This document shows positions 29,032 to 36,728 of a stretch of 64,000 nucleotides of DNA, one piece after another; position 1 is the first letter of the stretch, and each line of letters starts with the position of its first letter. The notes under the pieces were generated by a model. It saw only the letters and a program-made list of their open reading frames with translations. It did no database searches and was not told the DNA's origin. The translations under genes and the position numbers were made by a program. This DNA is from an uncultured Arcobacteraceae bacterium. Its GTDB lineage: Bacteria > Campylobacterota > Campylobacteria > Campylobacterales > Arcobacteraceae. Location of the stretch: the NCBI GenBank assembly GCA_964022095.1, contig CAXHZO010000002.1, forward strand, positions 160,001-224,000. Direction: 5' to 3'.

Positions 29032-31137
29032 ATGCAAGTTAAAAAAAGATTTAAATTATCTTTATGTTTGATTTTAGCTTTAAGTGCAAATCTTCAAGCA
29101 AGCTCAACTATCTTAGATGAAGTTTCAATTGAAGAAAAAGTAGAAAATAATAATACAGAAAATACAGGATTATATACTGTAAAAGAGATGAAATCAGCTA
29201 CAAAACTAAACCTATCTATTAGAGATACGCCACAGTCTGTTACTGTATTAAGTACACAAAAACTTCAAGACTTAGGAGTAGACTCTTACCAAGAAATGTT
29301 ATCAAAAATCACAGGTGTTACACTAAATAGATGGGATGAAAGAGTAAATGCAAGTGCAAGAGGATTTGATATTGACTATTATAAAATTGATGGTTTACCT
29401 ACTTATTCTACATGGAACGAAAGAGATTTAGACTTATCAGTATATGATAGGGTTGAAGTTGTTAGGGGTGCAAATGGTTTGACAACAGGTTATGGAAATC
29501 CTGCTGTAAGTATTAATTTAGTTAGAAAAAGAGCTAATAGTAAAGAACTAAAAGGTAGTGTAAGTTTAGAAGGTGGTTCTTGGAATCATTATGGTGTTTT
29601 AGCAGATGTGGGTTCTTCTTTAAACGAATCAGGAAGTATTAGAGGAAGAGTTGTTTTAAAACATGAAAATAGTGATTCATTTATGGATGGATATGAAAAA
29701 GAAAATAATCTATTTTATGGTGTGATTGATTCAGATTTAACAGATACAACATCTTTATCTACAGGGTTTTCTTATCAAAAATTAAACAGAAATGGAATTA
29801 GATGGGGTGGTTTGCCTGCTTTTGATTCAAATGGAAATAGGATTGATTTTGAAAGATCTAGAACAGCATCTGAAGATTGGACTTATTGGGATAGTGAAGT
29901 TAAATCAGTTTTTGTTGATTTAAAACAAAATTTATTTGATAATTCTGTATTAAATATTGGATACTCTTATGATGAAATAAATGCTAATAGTGCATTATTA
30001 TATTTTTCTGGTGATGTTAATACGAGTGATGGTAGTGGTATTAATTATATGGATTGGCAAGCTGTACAACAAAGAAAACAACACAATTTTGATGCTAGTT
30101 TAAATGTTCCTTACGAAATAGGAGGCTTATTTCAAGAGTTTTTAGTTGGTATTTCTTATAATCTAGATAAACAAACAAAATATAATGGAAGGTATCCAAA
30201 TGGATACTATTCAACTTTAACAAATTTTTATGATTATGATTTATCTTTACCTGAAGCCTCTTCAAGTGATACCTTGTATATTGTAAAACCAAATGAAATA
30301 GAACAAAAAGCTATATATTTAGCAAATAGATTTTCTCTTAGTGAAAATCTGAAGTTAATAGCTGGACTTAGATTATCTTCATGGGAATATTCAAGTACAG
30401 ATACTACAAAAGAAACTAGAAAATTTTCAAATGAAATTACACCTTACACAGGAGTAGTTTATGATTTAGATAAAAATCACTCTTTATATGCAAGTTACAC
30501 TAGCATTTTTAAACCCCAAGATAAAAAGAATTCAAGTGGGGAGTATTTAGACCCAATAGTTGGAAACAATTATGAAATTGGTGCAAAGGGTGAATATTTT
30601 GATGGTTTATTAACAACATCACTGTCATTATTTCAAGTAAAACAAGACAAAGTAGCAACTGATGACCCAAGTGGTGTATTTGTTCCTGGAACGACAACTG
30701 TAGCTAGTATTGAAGCAAATGGAGTTGAAAGTAAAGGTTTTGAAGTAGATGTTACTGGAAAAGTTTCAGATAATTTAACACTAGATTTAAGTGTTGCAAA
30801 TTTTGAAGCAAAAGAATCCAATGGAAATAAGTACAATACAAAAGCCTCAAGAACAACTGCAAATTTATTCGCAAAATATGAAATCCACAATATAAGTTTT
30901 GGTGGAGGACTAAACTATAAAAGTAAATTTTATACAGGCACAGGTTCCTCAAAAATCACACAAGATGCATATACTATAGCAAATGCTATGGCCTCATATA
31001 AATTAAATAAAAATCTAAAATTTCAAATTAATGTAAATAATATTTTTGATAAAAAATATTATGAAGGTATAGGTTCTAATAGTATGGTTTATGGTGAACC
31101 TAGAAACTTTAAAGCTTCATTGAAGTACACATTTTAA
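29032..31137 (+). CDS. TonB-dependent siderophore receptor (FhuE/FpvA-like)
   Basis: SATKLNLSIRDTPQSVTV, YDRVEVVRGANGL, INLVRKR, YGEPRN. ATG 29032 follows AAGGA. Confidence 0.9.
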   Translation: MQVKKRFKLSLCLILALSANLQASSTILDEVSIEEKVENNNTENTGLYTVKEMKSATKLNLSIRDTPQSVTVLSTQKLQDLGVDSYQEMLSKITGVTLNRWDERVNASARGFDIDYYKIDGLPTYSTWNERDLDLSVYDRVEVVRGANGLTTGYGNPAVSINLVRKRANSKELKGSVSLEGGSWNHYGVLADVGSSLNESGSIRGRVVLKHENSDSFMDGYEKENNLFYGVIDSDLTDTTSLSTGFSYQKLNRNGIRWGGLPAFDSNGNRIDFERSRTASEDWTYWDSEVKSVFVDLKQNLFDNSVLNIGYSYDEINANSALLYFSGDVNTSDGSGINYMDWQAVQQRKQHNFDASLNVPYEIGGLFQEFLVGISYNLDKQTKYNGRYPNGYYSTLTNFYDYDLSLPEASSSDTLYIVKPNEIEQKAIYLANRFSLSENLKLIAGLRLSSWEYSSTDTTKETRKFSNEITPYTGVVYDLDKNHSLYASYTSIFKPQDKKNSSGEYLDPIVGNNYEIGAKGEYFDGLLTTSLSLFQVKQDKVATDDPSGVFVPGTTTVASIEANGVESKGFEVDVTGKVSDNLTLDLSVANFEAKESNGNKYNTKASRTTANLFAKYEIHNISFGGGLNYKSKFYTGTGSSKITQDAYTIANAMASYKLNKNLKFQINVNNIFDKKYYEGIGSNSMVYGEPRNFKASLKYTF

Positions 31138-31166
31138 AATATAAAGAGATATATTCTCTTTATATT
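31138..31166 (+). terminator. Hairpin after the receptor (terminator or mRNA stabiliser)
   Basis: AATATAAAGAGA-tatat-TCTCTTTATATT. Confidence 0.65.
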
Positions 31167-31177
31167 ATAGGAAAATT

Positions 31178-31483
31178 ATGAAAAATTTAATCAATTATTT
31201 ATCAAAACCAGAAACTACTGGTAAAAAAATAGGTCTTTTTAGAATTATATGTGCAATTTTTGGTGGTTTAATTTCAGCATATTTAATTATGACACTCTTT
31301 GTATTTTTAATACCTGGAAGTGTGGGAGAATCTATTGTTGTACCTTTATTATTTAATACATTATTATGGGCTGTTTTAGCTTTTTGGATTAGTTTATCTA
31401 GCTCAAAAATCATAGCTTTATTAAGAGCATTTATTCCCTGTTTTATTTGTATTTTTATTTTAACTTTTTTATATTTAGGATAG
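31178..31483 (+). CDS. Small 3-TM membrane protein of PepSY iron-uptake operons (DUF3649-like)
   Basis: RIICAIFGG motif, hydrophobic; lies between the receptor and the PepSY gene. Confidence 0.6.
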   Translation: MKNLINYLSKPETTGKKIGLFRIICAIFGGLISAYLIMTLFVFLIPGSVGESIVVPLLFNTLLWAVLAFWISLSSSKIIALLRAFIPCFICIFILTFLYLG

Positions 31484-31486
31484 TTT

Positions 31487-33064
31487 ATGAATGATTTAAC
31501 CAAAAAAGAAGAACAAAAGTTATTTAAACAAAGACTTCAAAGAGTTCATGTAGCTGTAGGTATTAGCTTTTCTTATTTTATGTATATTGCTGTTTTCTTC
31601 GGTATTTTTGCAATATTGTTACCTTATATTCAAGTGTGGGAAAAACCATCAAGACATTTTCAAACAGCTGATGTAACAAAAATTGATTATGGTGCTATGA
31701 TTGACCCTGTTTTAAAAGACCCCACTTATCCTACTGTAAATGGAGTAACTATAGTCTTACCAGGTTATATGGAAGATCCAGCATTAAAGATAAAAGCAGA
31801 ATTTACCAAAGATAGGATATTTAATCCAAATACTTTAGAAGAAGTAAAAAATGAAGACAAAGCCTCTCAATTAGCATTTTTTTTAAATTCTATGCACTAT
31901 GGAAGGCCTTTCAAAACTTTTGGATATATTTTATTTGGATTAACAGCAGTTGCTGTAATGTTTTTAGTTATAGGTGGAGTGATTTTAACTTTAAAAATTA
32001 GATATAAAAATAGTTCCTCTTCTAAAACAAGTGTATTTTCTAAATGGCATAGAAAAATATTTATTTGGATTTTTCCTCCATTTATAATAATTACACTAAC
32101 AGGTGCATTGATGAATATTGGTTATAGTTCTTCATCTTTGATGACTTATATATCTTCAAAAGGACAAACCCATGAAACATGGAGTTTGGTTGGTCCCGTT
32201 TTATATCCTCAAGATAAAATATTAGAAGAAAAAGGTATTAAAACAGATATGTTACCTATGAATGAACTTTTAAAAAAAGCAAAACAGATTAATCCAAATA
32301 TAAATTTCCAAAGAATAAAGATAACTAACTGGAATGATATCTCTGCCTCTGCAAAATTTGAAGGATACAATCCTTATATGCCATTTTTAAATGGAATATC
32401 AAATAAGCCAAGTGTTACATTAAGTGCAGTTGATGGAAGTTTAATTGAACAGAAAAAAGTATTAGATAAACACTGGTCTGGACTTTTCTATGATAGCATG
32501 ATGTTCTTACATTTATTATTTGGTGTGGATACTTTCACAAGATTATTAATTGTTTTAATAATGATTGTTTCAGTATTTGCTATTGGATTTGGTGTTTTAT
32601 TATGGTTAGAAAAAAAAGCGAGAAAATTCCCTGATAATATTCCGGTTTACCAAGGTATTGGTAAGTTTTCACTAGCAGTAATGATAGGGGTAATACCTGC
32701 TACAGGACTCTTGTTTTTATTACAATGGGTATTGCCTTTTGATTTAGAAGATAGGTTTTTAATACAAAAATCTCTTTTTGCGATTATGTGGATTTCAACA
32801 TTAACTTGGTCTTATTATAGATTAAACTCATATAAAACTGCAAAAGAGTTTTTATTTTTAGGAGGACTTTTATTTATACTTAGTCCTATTGCTCATTTTA
32901 TTAATAGCGGTTTTTCACCCTTTGAGTTGCATTTTTTAAACATGACAAGTATATTAAGTGTAGATATCGGTCTATTTATTTTTGGTTTAATCTTATTAAT
33001 TGTTGCATATAAATTGCCTTACAATCCAGAAAAAATAAAACTATTTTGGACGAAAAATTTTTAA
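31487..33064 (+). CDS. PepSY-associated TM domain protein
   Basis: VHVAVG, WEKPSRH, MHYG, WHRKI, LHLLFG. Confidence 0.85.
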   Translation: MNDLTKKEEQKLFKQRLQRVHVAVGISFSYFMYIAVFFGIFAILLPYIQVWEKPSRHFQTADVTKIDYGAMIDPVLKDPTYPTVNGVTIVLPGYMEDPALKIKAEFTKDRIFNPNTLEEVKNEDKASQLAFFLNSMHYGRPFKTFGYILFGLTAVAVMFLVIGGVILTLKIRYKNSSSSKTSVFSKWHRKIFIWIFPPFIIITLTGALMNIGYSSSSLMTYISSKGQTHETWSLVGPVLYPQDKILEEKGIKTDMLPMNELLKKAKQINPNINFQRIKITNWNDISASAKFEGYNPYMPFLNGISNKPSVTLSAVDGSLIEQKKVLDKHWSGLFYDSMMFLHLLFGVDTFTRLLIVLIMIVSVFAIGFGVLLWLEKKARKFPDNIPVYQGIGKFSLAVMIGVIPATGLLFLLQWVLPFDLEDRFLIQKSLFAIMWISTLTWSYYRLNSYKTAKEFLFLGGLLFILSPIAHFINSGFSPFELHFLNMTSILSVDIGLFIFGLILLIVAYKLPYNPEKIKLFWTKNF

Positions 33065-33075
33065 AAGGAAAATAA

Positions 33076-33570
33076 ATGAAAAGTTTAATAATTATTCTTG
33101 TTTTTTTATCAAGTTTATCAAGTCATGAACTTATATTAAATGTAAAAAATAATAACAATAATACAATAACCATAGAAGGTAGATTTAGTACAGATGAGCA
33201 CGCTTCGGGCGCTATTGTAAGATTAGAGTCTTTAATTGATGCCAAAATTTTGTATGAAAAAAGATTACCTAAAAGTAGCCAATTAAATTTGGAAATACCA
33301 AAAGTTCCTTATCAAATTGTTTTAGATGGAAGTCCTGATGAAGATATTATTGTAAAAGAAGGTATAGCACCTTTAGAAGGATTTAAAATTATAGAGAAAA
33401 AAGAAAGCGAAAATATGAATAATAATTTATCAGTAAGCCAATCTAATAGTCAAGAGTGGAATGATATAAGTATATTATTTTTCATTATTTGCTTAATATT
33501 ACTTTTGTTAGCAATTTATTTTAGTAATAAAAATACTAATAAGATTTTGAATGAAATTAGAATTAAATGA
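33076..33570 (+). CDS. Exported protein with C-terminal membrane anchor, unknown function
   Basis: Signal peptide ending before His (SSHEL), TITIEGRFST, C-terminal TM. Confidence 0.6.
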   Translation: MKSLIIILVFLSSLSSHELILNVKNNNNNTITIEGRFSTDEHASGAIVRLESLIDAKILYEKRLPKSSQLNLEIPKVPYQIVLDGSPDEDIIVKEGIAPLEGFKIIEKKESENMNNNLSVSQSNSQEWNDISILFFIICLILLLLAIYFSNKNTNKILNEIRIK

Positions 33571-33618
33571 TACTGATTATCAGTTTTAAATAAAAATTAA
33601 GCTTTTAATTGTTACTAT
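33568..33618 (+). promoter_or_regulatory. Fur box plus extended -10
   Basis: TGATACT-G-ATTATCA (33568-33582); TGTTACTAT (33610-33618). Confidence 0.72.
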
Positions 33619-33690
33619 TCTGACAATATTTTACATAGATAATAAATTAAATTATTGTGTTATGTAAATATACAAAACTTACAAATAAAA

Positions 33691-33735
33691 TAGCTAGCAA
33701 AAGATAAAATGTTCTCCTAAAATGTAGCCAGCCAA
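33691..33735 (+). repeat. Paired leader motif upstream of a receptor
   Basis: TAGCTAGCAAA (33691) and TAGCCAGCCAA (33725). Confidence 0.7.
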
Positions 33736-33764
33736 ATATTTAATTATTTAAAACAAGGACATAA

Positions 33765-35759
33765 ATGAAATTAAAGATTGCAAAATCAGTTGCTATGTTA
33801 CTTTTAACTCAAGTTGCATTGTATGCAGAAGATACTCAATTAGATAATATAAGTGTAAACACTACAGCTTTCGATGCACAAGTAAAATCTATATCTGCAA
33901 AACAGCTAGAAGAAGAACAGGCTAGTGATGTAAAAGATATTTTAAAATCTTTACCAAGTGTTACAGTTGATGGAAATGCTAGGTATGGGCAAAAAGTATA
34001 TGTAAGAGGTTTAGAAGATAAGTTTGCAAATATAACAATTGACGGTGCTAAAATGAGTGGTCAATTATTTCATCATTCAGGTGATCAAACAATTGATGCC
34101 TCTTTATTAAAAATAAGTGAAGTTGAACTTGGACCAAACTCTGCATTAAGTGGACCAGGTGTTGTAAATGGTTCTTTTAAATATGAAACAAAAGATCCAA
34201 GTGACTTTTTAGAAGAGGGTGAAGTATTTGGTGGAAAGTTAAGTCTAGGTTATGAAACAGCAAGACATAGAGAAAAAGGTTCGATTGCATTATTTGGTAA
34301 AGTCTCTGATAAACTTGAACTAGTAGGTATTGGTTCAATTTCTGATGATGGTAATTTAGAATTAGGAAATGGTACTAAGATTGCGAATAAAGAGAGTCGA
34401 TTAGAAAGTGGGTTAATAAAAGCTGTTGTAAAACCTAATGATTATAATACATTTAAACTATCTTATAATAAATATGAAGATGGAGGTAACAGAAATATCT
34501 CTGGAGAAAAAGTTGGTAGTGATGTAAATGATGAAAACTATAATTCAATTTCAAGAGATACTTACACATTAAAGTATGATTATAAACCAGATAATGAATA
34601 TGTGAATATTGAAGCAAATATTTATACAAATGAACAATGGATGACTAGAGAAGATGCTACATCTACAAATAGAAGTGGAGATAGTATTACTTATCCAGAA
34701 AGAGAATATATAAACTCATCTAAGGGATATGATTTAAGAAATACATCTTTACTTGGTACTCATAAAGTTACATTTGGTACAGATTATAATCATGAAGAAC
34801 AAGAAATTGAAACTAGTGGGAATACAGTAAATAATACAACAGGAGAAATATCTAATTCTGCTTTCTCTGGTGGTGAAATTGACAACTATGGTTTATATAT
34901 ACAAGATGAGATGCAATTTGACAAGTTAACTTTAACTTTAGGATCTAGATATGATAAATATGAATTAGGTGGGATTTATTCTGGTGATTTTACTCAATTA
35001 TCTCCAAAATTAAAAGCTAAATATCAATTAACAGATAATTTATCATTAAGAACAGCTTATGGTAGAATTTTTAAAGGACCAGCTTTAGGTGAAACTTTAA
35101 TGATTGATTCAAGTGATACACAAGTTGCTGATACAACTGCTCAAGAAGGTAACAACTATGAAATTGGATTTGATTATGAATTAACTAATGCATTAAATGC
35201 TGATTATGCAATCATTGGATTTAATGCATATAAGTACGATTTAAGTGATTATGCACATCCAACAAAAAACAACTCTTTATCATCTCAAGGTGAAATGGAA
35301 ATTTGGGGACTTGAAACAATGTTTTCATATGATAAAGATAAATTTGGAACAACAATATCTCATACATATACTGATGGTGAACAAAAAAATACAGCAGGTA
35401 TTTCATATGACCCTAAAACAGCTAAAATTCATGTATTTAAATTGGGTGTAAATTATCAAGTTACAAAAGAATTGAAATTTAATTATAATTCACAATTTGT
35501 TCCTGGAAATAAATATACAACATACTCATCAAGAAGTGATAGCATGAATGAATATAAAAGAAGTGGATATGGTGTACATGATATTAATCTTACTTTAAAA
35601 CCTAGTGGTTTAAAAAATACTACATTTAATTTAGGTGTTGCAAATATTTTTGATAAAGCATATGTTAGACATACAGCATTTGGTTCTCAAACAACTAGTA
35701 CAAATAAAGCATATGAAATAGGAAGAAATATTAAACTTCAAGTAGCATATAAATTTTAG
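33765..35759 (+). CDS. TonB-dependent receptor (FrpB/FetA-like)
   Basis: YVRGLED..ITIDGA..LFHHSG..IDASLLK plug; GRNIKLQVAYKF. Confidence 0.88.
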   Translation: MKLKIAKSVAMLLLTQVALYAEDTQLDNISVNTTAFDAQVKSISAKQLEEEQASDVKDILKSLPSVTVDGNARYGQKVYVRGLEDKFANITIDGAKMSGQLFHHSGDQTIDASLLKISEVELGPNSALSGPGVVNGSFKYETKDPSDFLEEGEVFGGKLSLGYETARHREKGSIALFGKVSDKLELVGIGSISDDGNLELGNGTKIANKESRLESGLIKAVVKPNDYNTFKLSYNKYEDGGNRNISGEKVGSDVNDENYNSISRDTYTLKYDYKPDNEYVNIEANIYTNEQWMTREDATSTNRSGDSITYPEREYINSSKGYDLRNTSLLGTHKVTFGTDYNHEEQEIETSGNTVNNTTGEISNSAFSGGEIDNYGLYIQDEMQFDKLTLTLGSRYDKYELGGIYSGDFTQLSPKLKAKYQLTDNLSLRTAYGRIFKGPALGETLMIDSSDTQVADTTAQEGNNYEIGFDYELTNALNADYAIIGFNAYKYDLSDYAHPTKNNSLSSQGEMEIWGLETMFSYDKDKFGTTISHTYTDGEQKNTAGISYDPKTAKIHVFKLGVNYQVTKELKFNYNSQFVPGNKYTTYSSRSDSMNEYKRSGYGVHDINLTLKPSGLKNTTFNLGVANIFDKAYVRHTAFGSQTTSTNKAYEIGRNIKLQVAYKF

Positions 35760-35764
35760 TAATT

Positions 35765-35790
35765 AAGAAAAGAGTTTAAACTCTTTTCTT
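35765..35790. terminator. Bidirectional intrinsic terminator
   Basis: Perfect palindrome AAGAAAAGAGTTT/AAACTCTTTTCTT. Confidence 0.8.
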
Positions 35791-35791
35791 T

Positions 35792-36244
35792 TTATTGGCA
35801 GTCTTCACAAATACCATAGATAATCATAGTATGGTCTTTCAATAAAAAACCATTTTTCTTAGCAATTTTAACTTGAGCATCTTCTATAAAATCATCATTG
35901 AATTCTATGATTTTATGACAATTTGTACAAATCATATGATCATGGTGAGTTGATAAGTTAAGTTCATATTTTTTTGCACCGTCTCCAATATCAAGTGATG
36001 TAATAATATTTATGTCCTCAAAGAACTTTAGTGCTCTATAAACAGTTGCAATACCTATATCAATGTTATACTCATTTTTTACTTTTGCAGTAATCTCTTC
36101 AGCATTTAAATGTTCATCTTCAAAATATAATGCTTTTAAAATATAATCTTTTTGTAAAGAGTTCTTTAATTTTAGATTTGAAATATGTTTTTTGAAGTTT
36201 TTTAAAAATCTATCAAAATTCATATTGTTCTCAACTGCACTCAT
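35792..36244 (-). CDS. fur: Ferric uptake regulator family protein
   Basis: HLNAEEI, IGIATVYRAL, HHDHMICTNC, GICEDC. Confidence 0.92.
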   Translation of the reverse strand: MSAVENNMNFDRFLKNFKKHISNLKLKNSLQKDYILKALYFEDEHLNAEEITAKVKNEYNIDIGIATVYRALKFFEDINIITSLDIGDGAKKYELNLSTHHDHMICTNCHKIIEFNDDFIEDAQVKIAKKNGFLLKDHTMIIYGICEDCQ

Positions 36245-36360
36245 TAATTATAACCTTGAAAAAATACTAGTAGTACTCCTACAAAAAGTGTTGATGAGTA
36301 GATTTTCCATAAATTACTATGTATTTTCATATTTTTTTCAATCAGATTAAGCTTTTTCAT
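36244..36360 (-). CDS. 38-aa ORF coupled to fur (not in ORF track)
   Basis: MKKLNLIEKNMKIHSNLWKIYSSTLFVGVLLVFFQGYN; GGGT upstream; stop overlaps the fur ATG (TAATG). Confidence 0.5.
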   Translation of the reverse strand: MKKLNLIEKNMKIHSNLWKIYSSTLFVGVLLVFFQGYN

Positions 36361-36375
36361 TTTTTTACCCTAAAT

Positions 36376-36440
36376 TAATAATCATTATTAATATATTAAC
36401 AACTATGCACTTAAAATAATATTAATGATAGTAGTTATCA
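36376..36440. promoter_or_regulatory. Two Fur boxes in the fur/hemP divergent region
   Basis: TAATAAT-C-ATTATTA (36376-36390) and TGATAGT-A-GTTATCA (36426-36440). Confidence 0.72.
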
Positions 36441-36517
36441 ATATTAATGTATATTTAAGTATTAACCTATTAATATTCCATTTACATTTTGTTAACAATT
36501 CATAAAGTAGGAAAGCT

Positions 36518-36649
36518 ATGAAAAATAAAAAAGAAAAAATTGATACAAAAGAGATATTTAGTGATTCAAATATAATAACTATTATTCATCAAGGACAAGA
36601 GTATCAATTAAGAATAACAAAATCAGATAAGTTAATTTTAACTAAATAA
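36518..36649 (+). CDS. hemP: HemP/HmuP family small protein, 43 aa (not in ORF track)
   Basis: MKNKKEKIDTKEIFSDSNIITIIHQGQEYQLRITKSDKLILTK, with the hallmark I.H.G..Y.LR.T...KLILTK; AGGA RBS. Confidence 0.92.
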   Translation: MKNKKEKIDTKEIFSDSNIITIIHQGQEYQLRITKSDKLILTK

Positions 36650-36659
36650 AAATATTAAA

Positions 36660-36697
36660 TAGCCAGCAAATACTATCTTCTAAAAGTAGCCAGCAAA
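36660..36697 (+). repeat. Exact 11-nt direct repeat between hemP and the receptor
   Basis: TAGCCAGCAAA at 36660 and 36687. Confidence 0.85.
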
Positions 36698-36728
36698 AAA
36701 TATAAATACAATTTACTAAGGATAAAAA

